This document shows positions 38,878 through 47,147 of a stretch of DNA of 64,000 nt, piece by piece. The notes under the pieces are model-generated. The model saw only the letters and a list, made by a program, of their open reading frames with translations. It had not been told where the DNA came from and made no database searches. Position 1 is the first letter of the stretch, and each line of letters begins with the position of its first letter. The stretch lies in the IMG/VR virus record IMGVR_UViG_2571042690_000019, one strand, 5' to 3'. The stretch is from a virus (Duplodnaviria; Heunggongvirae; Uroviricota; Caudoviricetes). Position numbers and translations under genes: made by a program.

Positions 38878-39266
38878 AAAGCAACACCACGCTTTTTAAC
38901 GGCGGCATTCCACAGCTTATTCGCCATGTCCACCAGCTCTCGTTGCTCTTTTCGCGCCTGTTCGACTGATTTCCTGCTACAGTTTTTAACCAGTAAACTG
39001 CCATATTCAGGGGTTCGCCCACGCACCTTGAACTGATATCCGTTCAGGCCATGCAACCAGTATTTTCGTGGGTAAACACGATCATCAAGCTCACAGATTG
39101 CCCTGCTTGAACGAACAAAATGACGAATGATGTTAGTTACACTTACTCGTGAAACATGGAGATGAGGGTATTTTTCTTTGGCGAGAGTGGTAATTTCAGT
39201 GACTGTCAGATAGCAGTCAGCCCTGATCATGATATCCGCAATTTCTGCGCTGCTGATTTGTTCCAT
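38874..39266 (-). CDS. hypothetical protein, possible late-gene activator (Lpa-like) by position
   Basis: 130-aa ORF coupled to pacA start; function inferred from P1 gene order only. Confidence 0.35.
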   Translation of the reverse strand: MEQISSAEIADIMIRADCYLTVTEITTLAKEKYPHLHVSRVSVTNIIRHFVRSSRAICELDDRVYPRKYWLHGLNGYQFKVRGRTPEYGSLLVKNCSRKSVEQARKEQRELVDMANKLWNAAVKKRGVAL

Positions 39267-39374
39267 TAATCCCCCGGGCAGGAAATGACCGAGGGGATGA
39301 TAATGAGAATGTTAAAACTGTATAGACTGGTAAAAAGATGATTGTATTAGAAAATTAATACTAAATATCTAATG

Positions 39375-39767
39375 CTACCAGCGAGACAAACGAACAACAT
39401 GTTTCACTTTTGCGATCCACTGTCCGCGATAACTATTGATTACGGCCTGTGCCAGCTTCAAATTGGCTTCAAAATCAGCCTTACTACCATCAGACTCCAC
39501 CAGCATTCCTCCATCTATTTCTGGTAAACATAGATAATCCTGCTCAACCTGCAGCGGCATTGATGGCTCTCTGAATGGGGTTACTTGCTCTGCTTTCCAG
39601 CGAAATCTAACCCTTATCCCCCTGGTGGTCATTACTAGATAGCCTGTTATAGTGCTTTTATGGCCCACATCAGTACGCGTGGCATTGCATGACACGATCT
39701 TACAGTTAGCGATAGACCACTCCATATTGGTGGCCTGTTGAGTGCTTAATTTGGTAGTCCCGTACAT
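39375..39767 (-). CDS. hypothetical protein
   Basis: 130-aa ORF. Confidence 0.45.
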   Translation of the reverse strand: MYGTTKLSTQQATNMEWSIANCKIVSCNATRTDVGHKSTITGYLVMTTRGIRVRFRWKAEQVTPFREPSMPLQVEQDYLCLPEIDGGMLVESDGSKADFEANLKLAQAVINSYRGQWIAKVKHVVRLSRW

Positions 39768-40342
39768 CAGAAAGCCTCCCAGTCAGTCGCGATAATATCC
39801 ACACCAGTTGCAAACCAGTCTGTCTGCGCCTGTAAATCCCCATTCATCATTACCAGGCGAGGCATCACCATCACATCGCACCCTTCCACAATATCGAATG
39901 CCTCTTCCGGCAAGAATTCGAAGAGCTTTTCTTTGCTGCCAATACTGCCACGGAACATCGATATATAGCTCCCTTTGGGCCATGATGTCCGCCGGGCATC
40001 AAGCCCTTTCATCATCCAGTAAAAAGCCGAGGAAAAAGGGATATTCTTTTTGCCAATGATTACATTATTCGCTTCTGTGTACTTCAGGAACTTAACTAAC
40101 CTTACCATTGACTCGGATAACGCAACGTATGGCTCATGATTGATTGCTGACACGCTTACACCGTGCAATCCAACGCTTACCACTGTCATATCGCCGCTCT
40201 GTGCGGTTTCGATATTGACGCCTTTGCGAACTAATGAGGCGTAAAGTTCCTCTCGCTTTTGGGTCCAGCGTTCCCGCTTCCCTATGAAGTCACTCAAAAT
40301 GAGATCTTCTTCTGCATATGCGTTATCGTTCGCCATTAACAT
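39767..40342 (-). CDS. DUF2829-like phage protein
   Basis: AFYWMMKGLDARRTSWPKGSYI segment. Confidence 0.5.
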   Translation of the reverse strand: MLMANDNAYAEEDLILSDFIGKRERWTQKREELYASLVRKGVNIETAQSGDMTVVSVGLHGVSVSAINHEPYVALSESMVRLVKFLKYTEANNVIIGKKNIPFSSAFYWMMKGLDARRTSWPKGSYISMFRGSIGSKEKLFEFLPEEAFDIVEGCDVMVMPRLVMMNGDLQAQTDWFATGVDIIATDWEAF

Positions 40343-40796
40343 AACGTCTCCTTTTTACACGCGCGACCATCTCTCGGTTAAACCGATAGAGATGTCGAAA
40401 CTTCGTATTAATTAAGGGTTACAGCCTGAGCGGCTATATGATGAATTGAAAGGAGTTGTGGCGGTGGTGCCTCCACCTGCCAGGTCAGCCACGCCCGGCG
40501 ACGACACTTATCAGAACCTCAATGAATGAAAATGGCTTCGTCACGAGCGCATAGCCGCAATTACCACAACGGAAACGGCGCTCGCGTTAATTAAACGCCT
40601 TTTCCTGTTGTGCGCCGTACTCTTCCGGCTGTCACACCGAATCGCCAGGATGGTGAGTCCTCGGTCCGACGATATGAACGGGGCTTGCACATTCCGGCTA
40701 CCTGGTTTGTTGCCTGAGCTAGGGGAAAAGGTAACCCCTTTAACGTCACCAGACCGCTAACGACGCATGTGCCAGACGCCGTGTTACAACCAAATA

Positions 40797-40872
40797 TGGT
40801 GGCCCCTACCGGACTTGAACCGGTGACCGTGCGATTATGAGTCGCCAGCTCTAACCACTGAGCTAAGGGGCC
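40797..40872 (-). tRNA. tRNA-Ile (anticodon CAU, ileX-like) or tRNA-Met
   Basis: GGCCCCTTAGCTCAGTGGTTAGAGC...CTCATAA...GGTTCAAGTCC...GGGGCCACCA; cloverleaf folds; near-identical to E. coli ileX as recalled. Confidence 0.75.
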
Positions 40873-40881
40873 AATTAGTTT

Positions 40882-40995
40882 TTATTTTCGACGCCTGAGA
40901 TTCTTCGCTACTTGTTCTACTCCGTATACGATCACAAGCAGAAATAGCAAAGACCATCCAGGGTTCTTATCAATATACGTCCAAAAATCCATCAT
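40882..40995 (-). CDS. possible small membrane peptide (36 aa)
   Basis: manual translation MMDFWTYIDKNPGWSLLFLLVIVYGVEQVAKNLRRRK; ATGA overlap with upstream ORF. Confidence 0.25.
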   Translation of the reverse strand: MMDFWTYIDKNPGWSLLFLLVIVYGVEQVAKNLRRRK

Positions 40996-41156
40996 GAGTT
41001 CCTGAACGCAGCTTTAATAATCGGCAATAGCAATACCACAGCTACTGAAACCAGTGCCCCATCAGCCAACACCGACATCACTTTGCTGGTGAAATCCACC
41101 AGCACGGACAAAACGAGAAAACCAATGGCGCACGCAATACGCGCCTTGCCAATCAT
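40992..41156 (-). CDS. possible small membrane peptide (52 aa)
   Basis: manual translation MIGKARIACAIGFLVLSVLVDFTSKVMSVLADGALVSVAVVLLPIIKAAFRNS; TAATG overlap with TerB-like gene stop. Confidence 0.35.
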   Translation of the reverse strand: MIGKARIACAIGFLVLSVLVDFTSKVMSVLADGALVSVAVVLLLPIIKAAFRNS

Positions 41157-41590
41157 TACAGATAATCTTCCACACGAAGGCCCAAACGACGGCCTACTTC
41201 TTCCAGTACTTTGTGTTCTGCTGGCTCGATTTCACCGTCCGCTTCTGCAATCGTCAGCATGTTAACGAATACTTCTTCCGCTTCTTTTGGATCATTTTTG
41301 ATATCTTCAATTTCGCGAAGGATATTCATGCGACCAACACGGAAACCAGCTTCCAGTTGCTCAGTAAAACGGGTGATTGTTGCGGTAATTTCGTTGCCAA
41401 AATGACTTAAGCGAGGATTAGAGCGGACAAGCTGATCAAGTTTCGCTGTTTCTTCCTTTTCGATTTCACCATCTGCGGCAGACACCAACAAACAGCCACC
41501 GATAATGGCCTCCATCAGATCGCGATTCTCAACCCTTTTCAGCTCTACTTTTGCTGAAGCGACTTTCTTACCGAAAAATTTACCGAACAT
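41156..41590 (-). CDS. TerB-like protein (tellurite-resistance TerB fold; P1 tciA-like)
   Basis: 144 aa with repeated ADGEIE-type acidic motifs; located in the tRNA cluster as tciA is in P1. Confidence 0.5.
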   Translation of the reverse strand: MFGKFFGKKVASAKVELKRVENRDLMEAIIGGCLLVSAADGEIEKEETAKLDQLVRSNPRLSHFGNEITATITRFTEQLEAGFRVGRMNILREIEDIKNDPKEAEEVFVNMLTIAEADGEIEPAEHKVLEEVGRRLGLRVEDYL

Positions 41591-41857
41591 TGGTTATCCC
41601 TCAATAAACATGACGTATTTATTAGGTTGCGGTGCCTGGTGCCTCCAGGTGACGTTAACCAGTTAACAATTAACGCCGGGATGTTTGACTTAACCACTAA
41701 GGAGGATTGTTTTAACTGTTCCGCGTGCGCATAGCCGCATTCACCGCAATGGTAAGAGCACTTGGCTGGCTGGGCGGCGATGACGCCTGTACGCATTTGG
41801 TGATCCGGTTCTGCTTCCGGCATTCGCTTAATTAGCCAAATACTCTTAACGTTGCAC

Positions 41858-41944
41858 TGGCGGAGAGTAATGGAATCGAACCATCATCGCTTGCGCAATG
41901 GGACGGTTTTCAAGACCGTTTGAGCACCATGCTCCCTACTCTCC
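41858..41944 (-). tRNA. tRNA-like gene, possibly tRNA-Ser (anticodon UGA), non-canonical A8
   Basis: 7-bp acceptor stem, anticodon arm ACGGT-CTTGAAA-ACCGT similar to E. coli serT, long variable arm, TTCGATT T-loop, 3' CCA; D-arm atypical. Confidence 0.35.
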
Positions 41945-42277
41945 AGTGATTGTGATGGTCGGTGCTGAACTCCGACACAGGGTTGTAGCAAGCCCCGCAA
42001 AGCGCGCACTACTGTAGTTGCGGCACATCAGCCTGTGCATTCACCACAATGTTGAGAACACTGGTTGTCACGCTGCAACGCAACATTTATTCGTAGATTG
42101 GGATATGACCCCGTTACGCCAGTGTTCTCAACGTTATAGTGCCGGTTACGGTTCCGGCCAGGCCTCTTCCTCAACGGGGTGTTCTCCATACGGACTACCG
42201 TTTATTGGTCGTTCCTGCGGTTTATGTTGTGAAGCCAGATGCTTATCTTCTGGTTGCTTCAAAGAGCTGCACTTCAT

Positions 42278-42345
42278 CACAACGGTAAGAGCACTCGATG
42301 CATTTAAGCCAAGCCCCATAAGGGAGAATGCCCTTACCTGTTGTG
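42278..42345. repeat. conserved-stem hairpin element (CACAACGGTAAGAGCAC ... GCCCTTACCTGTTGTG)
   Basis: imperfect inverted repeat sharing stem consensus with elements at 42474..42560 and 42917..42991. Confidence 0.5.
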
Positions 42346-42473
42346 TTGTGATGACCGGTGCTGATCTCCGGCTTGCGGTTATTTCAGACTCTCACGGGCG
42401 TTTAATTGCCCCGCCGAACAGCTCTTTTCCGCAATAGCTGCAATGTCTTTCGCGCATCAGCCTGCGCATTCAT

Positions 42474-42560
42474 CACAACGGTAAGGGTACTTCGTAGGGA
42501 TTCGAACCCTCTGCCAAGCTCGGCGATCTCCGACGTCGCAAAATACCCTTACCTGTTGTG
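42474..42560. repeat. conserved-stem hairpin element enclosing a tRNA-like T-arm fragment (GGGATTCGAACCC)
   Basis: CACAACGGTAAGGGTAC ... TACCCTTACCTGTTGTG inverted repeat, immediately downstream of tRNA-Thr on the minus strand. Confidence 0.5.
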
Positions 42561-42561
42561 C

Positions 42562-42637
42562 TGGTGCCGATTAACGGACTCGAACCGCTGACATCCTGCT
42601 TACAAGGCAGGCGCTCTACCAACTGAGCTAAACCGGC
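42562..42637 (-). tRNA. tRNA-Thr (anticodon UGU)
   Basis: GCCGGTTTAGCTCAGTTGGTAGAGC...CTTGTAA...GGTTCGAGTCC...CGGCACCA cloverleaf. Confidence 0.8.
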
Positions 42638-42639
42638 AT

Positions 42640-42715
42640 TGGCGATGGTGGATGGATTTGAACCATCGACCCGTTGATTAACAGTCAACCGCTCTAACCG
42701 CTGAGCTACACCATC
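42640..42715 (-). tRNA. tRNA-Asn (anticodon GUU)
   Basis: GATGGTGTAGCTCAGCGGTTAGAGC...CTGTTAA...GGTTCAAATCC...CACCATCGCCA cloverleaf. Confidence 0.8.
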
Positions 42716-42916
42716 ACTTGCCGGGTACGTCTCCGGCGAGGGCTTCCACCTCCGTATGCTTTTCGGCGCACCGCGCCCTGGGTGCAATTCGGTAACAGGG
42801 GATGCACAACCCTGGCTTCCAGCGTGATTAGCGCCTTCAGCATGACGGGATATACCCGTAGTAGGATGTTATCCCAGAAAGCCATTAACCAATGGCTGTT
42901 ACGCGGGAGGGACGTA

Positions 42917-42991
42917 ACAGGTAAGGGCGCTGACCAGAAAGACCTGACCCTTCTCATTCATCTGGTTAATCACACCAGCGCCCTTGCCTGT
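42917..42991. repeat. conserved-stem hairpin element (ACAGGTAAGGGCGCTG ... CAGCGCCCTTGCCTGT)
   Basis: 16-bp near-perfect inverted repeat with GGTAAGGG core. Confidence 0.5.
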
Positions 42992-43210
42992 TATGCCTCC
43001 CCGTTCCCTAATACACAGACGGGGACACTCTGCGGTCGATTTTTTGACGGGGGACGACTCATACCCCGTGGCGTCAGGCTTCTTAGGCCGCTACCATCAT
43101 CAGATCATCGTTTGCATTTACTTTAATGGTCGGGTTCTAAACCGCCGCAAAGTCGCTAACCATGACGAAAACCCTAAAAAAGCCCACCCGAAGATGGGCA
43201 AATACGCTAC

Positions 43211-43287
43211 ATCTCACACAAGAAAGAAGCCGACTGCCTGAGCTGGATTCACTTTCAAATGCCCGCTGAAAGGGATCACAAGTCGGC
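43211..43287. repeat. long perfect hairpin (15-bp arms AGAAAGAAGCCGACT / AGTCGGCTTCTTTCT) in non-coding region
   Basis: inverted repeat read directly; no supporting ORF in the surrounding 1.2 kb. Confidence 0.5.
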
Positions 43288-43517
43288 TTCTTTCTTGATG
43301 CGGCACTCTCTCCGCCCGTCACCGCTCTGTCTCGGTTGTCGCGTTTGCCACGCCAGCCGTAACGAGGTTTAAAGTCTTTGCACGTTTCCATCACTCGACT
43401 GCCGTCTGTGGCTGTTCGTTGCAGCGGGGGTGCCTCCCCCTGGGGATATCCCCGGCCTTACCCCATTCTTTCAAGACACAATGCAAGGCCACATCCGCAT
43501 AGGTGCATTACCGCAAC

Positions 43518-43572
43518 ATTAAGGAGACTCAGGGCAAAAGGTAACCGCCACAAAAATCCCTATGCCTCCTTA
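43518..43572. repeat. long perfect hairpin (13-bp arms CAACATTAAGGAG / CTCCTTAATGTTG)
   Basis: inverted repeat read directly. Confidence 0.5.
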
Positions 43573-43934
43573 ATGTTGAAGATGTGCATTGATGATTAGA
43601 TGCAGCATGTACCGTTACTCTCTGCCGGACCATCATCAATGAACACCTTAAAAAGACCTTCCGTGGCTCAACATGTATTGTCGTTTACTCCGCAAAGTGC
43701 TCTCTCTGAAACCACTTTCCGCACTAAACCTGTTGAACTTTGGTCTGCTCGGTGCCAAAGCGTGCTCTTGGTTTACTATACTTTTCTAACACTTTAATTT
43801 GTTAATTGCTGGTGGGCATACAATAACCAATAAGTGACTATCAAGCCCAGCAAGCGAAACGTGGGTACCGCCCACCAGCAAGGAAAATTCTATGTTAAGT
43901 CATCTTCACAATCAATACATTCAAATTGTGATTT

Positions 43935-43948
43935 TAGATTTCTAACAC
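43935..43948 (+). promoter_or_regulatory. operator-like motif AGATTTCTAACACA
   Basis: dispersed conserved motif at 3' side of gene 43950..45158. Confidence 0.4.
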
Positions 43949-43949
43949 A

Positions 43950-45158
43950 TTATTTCCCGTAAAGATCTTCTACACCCCCATTCTTCTTATCCCATTCGTT
44001 CGCCCATACCCGGCAAGCGTCAATGATTTCCTGACGACGATCTCCTTGCATGAACGGAATGCTTTCATGGAAACAGCTTGGAATGCAGGCCACACTGAAT
44101 ACAGTATCAAACTCCGTCTGCTTGATTGCCTCCAGCGTCTCCGGACGCATTTTTAATTCATCGATTGGCGCATCCTTAGAGTCCATAATCCGGCGATATA
44201 AGCGCGGAAAATCCGTCTCCAGGTACGCCATAATTTTATCTGCGAGACATTCGTCTATGTCGGTATTCCAGTCCTTTTCGAAGCCCGGCAGGCGATAGTA
44301 AAGCGGCGTTCCCCATACCGATGGGATCACATCCATCGTTAACAGGCGATTAGTTCTGATTTGTTGATGGTAATTAGCCGTCAGCAGTGCTTCGCCACGC
44401 TGCCCAGTTTCCGCAACCAGGCTGTGCGGATACTCATGGATGTAGGCAATGGCATCCCTTCCATCATACATAAGTGGAAATGTCTCTGGTCTTTGTCCCA
44501 TGCCACAAGCACGGTTCAGATCGTGACCAAGCTGTGAACACTCTCGCTTTAATGTTTCGATAATGCTCTGCGCTGTAGCCAACTTTTTACGCAGTGTGAC
44601 GCCTTCGCCTTGATAATCAATGCATTGCTGATTGAGCTTGGTTAAACGCTCTTTTAGTTCCCGGCGCTCTCTTTTCAGCGTGCGGTTATCCTTCTCCGCA
44701 ACATCCAGCCGCTTTGTCAGGCTTGGCGGATAGTCTTTTTTGTAACGGTTCAAATCGGCTTCGGCAGATTTACGCAGTGTATTTGCCTGTTCAAGACGCG
44801 CTTCCAGATTGCCGATCTCATTACGCATATTCGCGGCAAATTGATTAACTGCATCGCCCAGGCTTTCAACTGTCGCTGATACGCCTGTGACTTGTGAAAA
44901 ACGGATCAAGCCATCATTAACGGCTTGTTGGTATTCCTCAAACTGATCCACCAGCTTATTGTAATCAACTGCCCCATCATCAAGCAGCTTGTTGATTTCC
45001 GCCACTAGGTTATCTGTAGTGGCAATGACACTCTCGTGCAGTCGCTTTGACAGGTCATCACCCGGATTCCGTTTCTGTATAAGAGCGATTTGTGTGCGCA
45101 GCGTTTCAATTGCTGTCGAGATAATTTCCAGATTAGAAGTATCAGTGTGTTGACTCAT
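43950..45158 (-). CDS. hypothetical protein, N-terminal coiled coil, C-terminal globular domain
   Basis: 402-aa ORF flanked on both sides by operator-like motifs. Confidence 0.6.
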   Translation of the reverse strand: MSQHTDTSNLEIISTAIETLRTQIALIQKRNPGDDLSKRLHESVIATTDNLVAEINKLLDDGAVDYNKLVDQFEEYQQAVNDGLIRFSQVTGVSATVESLGDAVNQFAANMRNEIGNLEARLEQANTLRKSAEADLNRYKKDYPPSLTKRLDVAEKDNRTLKRERRELKERLTKLNQQCIDYQGEGVTLRKKLATAQSIIETLKRECSQLGHDLNRACGMGQRPETFPLMYDGRDAIAYIHEYPHSLVAETGQRGEALLTANYHQQIRTNRLLTMDVIPSVWGTPLYYRLPGFEKDWNTDIDECLADKIMAYLETDFPRLYRRIMDSKDAPIDELKMRPETLEAIKQTEFDTVFSVACIPSCFHESIPFMQGDRRQEIIDACRVWANEWDKKNGGVEDLYGK

Positions 45159-45183
45159 TGCTATTCCCGTTACTTTGTTAAAT

Positions 45184-45198
45184 TATTTTTCTAACATA
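45184..45198 (+). promoter_or_regulatory. operator-like motif TATTTTTCTAACATA
   Basis: dispersed conserved motif ~30 bp upstream of gene start at 45158. Confidence 0.45.
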
Positions 45199-45240
45199 TA
45201 TTATTAGTTTGATGACAGTATCGAAAGATGCAATAAACAA

Positions 45241-45266
45241 AAAACCCGCTAATTGGCGGGTTTTTA
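45241..45266. terminator. bidirectional Rho-independent terminator
   Basis: AAAACCCGC-TAATTG-GCGGGTTTTT. Confidence 0.6.
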
Positions 45267-45271
45267 TGCAA

Positions 45272-45586
45272 TTACTGTGTTGCAGCCTGATAAATAAGAT
45301 ACGCGATAAATACAGGTACGATGGCCAATTGCAGCAATGAAAGTAGCCTCATTACTGTTATTGGGGTAACTCCATCCACGTATTGTTTCTCTGACATTTT
45401 CCCGAACCAACTAACCGACAACAGTGCCGAGTTTTCCCCCAATTCCAGCTCTCTGAGAGCTTCACGGATTAACGGCGCTGTCACAGCCTTAACCGGTGTG
45501 CTCAACGTGATACTCCGCGTCCTCCCCGCATCGTCAGCGAACGCCAGACTCACATAATATTTTTTGCTCAATGTACAAACTCCCAA
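45272..45586 (-). CDS. hypothetical protein with C-terminal transmembrane segment
   Basis: 104-aa ORF. Confidence 0.45.
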   Translation of the reverse strand: MGVCTLSKKYYVSLAFADDAGRTRSITLSTPVKAVTAPLIREALRELELGENSALLSVSWFGKMSEKQYVDGVTPITVMRLLSLLQLAIVPVFIAYLIYQAATQ

Positions 45587-45768
45587 TCATCAGCGCTTGC
45601 ACTTTCCGGGGTTATGTGAACCTTATCGCCAGTAACAATATTGCGAGCTTCAAAACTTCCATTGATACGTTTCGAGATCTCAATACATAGAGCCTGCTGC
45701 CATGAGCGACGACGAGCGATAGCATTAGTTCCTGCAGGGATAAGTTCTGCCACGTTAAGTAACCGCAA
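45568..45768 (-). CDS. hypothetical small protein
   Basis: 66-aa ORF, weak support. Confidence 0.3.
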   Translation of the reverse strand: MRLLNVAELIPAGTNAIARRRSWQQALCIEISKRINGSFEARNIVTGDKVHITPESASADDWEFVH

Positions 45769-45782
45769 AACGATTTCTCCGT

Positions 45783-46277
45783 TTAATCAAGACAAACATA
45801 CTCCGTGATAGCTTTTATGGCTTCAGCGGCACTGCGCGCCTCAAAGCAGTAGTAACCGGCTTCTGTGAGGCGAGTCATCCAGACGAGTTGTTCGGGAGTC
45901 AGGCGATTTCTCCCATGTTTCATCTCAATGCGCATTCCGTGGTATCCCCCACAAGCAAGGTCTATAGAAAGATCGGGATATCCCTTCTTTTGGCCCTCTG
46001 CCACCATTTTTATTGCCGTCCTTATGCCTCGCAGGCCACCGTTTGGAGTGGCGTGAGTATGCTCATACACATAACGCATATTGCGATACATCCAGTCCAG
46101 GACGCGAACCTGCTCGTAATGCTCATGGTTCCTTTTGATTAGATCTGGGTTTTTCTCCAGTTCTCTAAGAGCTGCGGCATGTGGGGATGTTTCAGAATAT
46201 TCACTGCGACGCCTTCTCTTTCGCGCTATTTTTCTAACACACCCATTGATAGTAAATATGCGAAATAATAACAACAA
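45783..46277 (-). CDS. VRR-NUC-like nuclease domain protein (true start probably downstream of 46277)
   Basis: GYPDLSIDLACGGYHGMRIEMKHG pattern; operator-like motif lies within the first codons of the longest ORF. Confidence 0.45.
   Translation of the reverse strand: MLLLFRIFTINGCVRKIARKRRRRSEYSETSPHAAALRELEKNPDLIKRNHEHYEQVRVLDWMYRNMRYVYEHTHATPNGGLRGIRTAIKMVAEGQKKGYPDLSIDLACGGYHGMRIEMKHGRNRLTPEQLVWMTRLTEAGYYCFEARSAAEAIKAITEYVCLD
46228..46242 (+). promoter_or_regulatory. operator-like motif TATTTTTCTAACACA
   Basis: dispersed conserved motif. Confidence 0.4.
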
Positions 46278-46413
46278 CGTTAGATTTGTAAAACAAGAGA
46301 GATACTACTCAAGGATGGTCTATATGCAACAGGTCGGATTTGCTTTTAGAGTAAAGAGTGACCTTAATCAACAAGGAGGGTAAATCGCATGGCATTTACC
46401 CAACCTGTTATTT

Positions 46414-46674
46414 TTAAAGGGTTATTTTATCCTGTTCGGATAATTCTTTGATTGTCTTGTCGATTGCGATCAACCAACCTTCATAGGTTAAATCATCAAC
46501 AAGTTCTACCAACTTATCATCGGTGTGAGGAAAGTATATCCAGCTCCAGTTCGCAGGGTTTTCTGCTTTTCGCAGCGTAAAAACCTTCTTGTATCGGTGG
46601 AACTCAAGGATATACCCCTTCGATATGGAATATTCCTTTAGGTCTTCGACCGTAAACCTACGATTCTTTCGCAT
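46414..46674 (-). CDS. hypothetical protein
   Basis: 86-aa ORF. Confidence 0.45.
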   Translation of the reverse strand: MRKNRRFTVEDLKEYSISKGYILEFHRYKKVFTLRKAENPANWSWIYFPHTDDKLVELVDDLTYEGWLIAIDKTIKELSEQDKITL

Positions 46675-46676
46675 GG

Positions 46677-47111
46677 CTACCCCATAATTCGATATTTCTC
46701 TATAGACTCGTCGTAACTTGTGTACACGTATGGCTCTGTATCATCGGCATAAGGTGCGACTTCCAGAGCATGAACAGGATTGTTTACCGCGTCATTTTCC
46801 AGGCGATCGCTCGAATACAGATGCCCAGCCAAAACCGTAAGCGCCGGGCGACTCATTTTGTAGATCTCTGCCACATCACTATCTACAACTTGTCCAAATG
46901 ATATGTCGCCGCGCTCCAGCAATAACGTTTTAAGCGCAGGCCACCACGGCCCATAAAGGTGATAAAGCTGTGGATCTCGTTTCAGCCTTTCCACCATGCC
47001 ATTCAGATATGCATCCAGAAACGCCTCTTCACTCCTGCCATTGAGCGCCTGCGGCAAAATGTCCTCAAGGTAGGATTCCGTCGGTTTTACAGTGTCAATT
47101 AATGTCGTCAT
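46677..47111 (-). CDS. hypothetical protein
   Basis: 144-aa ORF downstream of the giant gene. Confidence 0.5.
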   Translation of the reverse strand: MTTLIDTVKPTESYLEDILPQALNGRSEEAFLDAYLNGMVERLKRDPQLYHLYGPWWPALKTLLLERGDISFGQVVDSDVAEIYKMSRPALTVLAGHLYSSDRLENDAVNNPVHALEVAPYADDTEPYVYTSYDESIEKYRIMG

Positions 47112-47147
47112 TCAAATTCGGCCCCAGTTGGGGCCGCTCCTTATCTG

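Noticed and set aside
42018-42437. 139-aa plus-strand ORF in the tRNA region
   Set aside because: Lies entirely across structured hairpin repeats, has no RBS, and its composition is Cys/Ser/Arg-rich in a pattern typical of translated non-coding DNA
42473-42957. Minus-strand ORFs 42473..42787 and 42706..42957
   Set aside because: Overlap the tRNA-Thr and tRNA-Asn genes and adjacent hairpins
42041-42991. Possible CRISPR array suggested by recurring inverted repeats
   Set aside because: Elements are hairpins with irregular spacing and variable loops, not direct repeats separated by uniform spacers; no cas genes nearby
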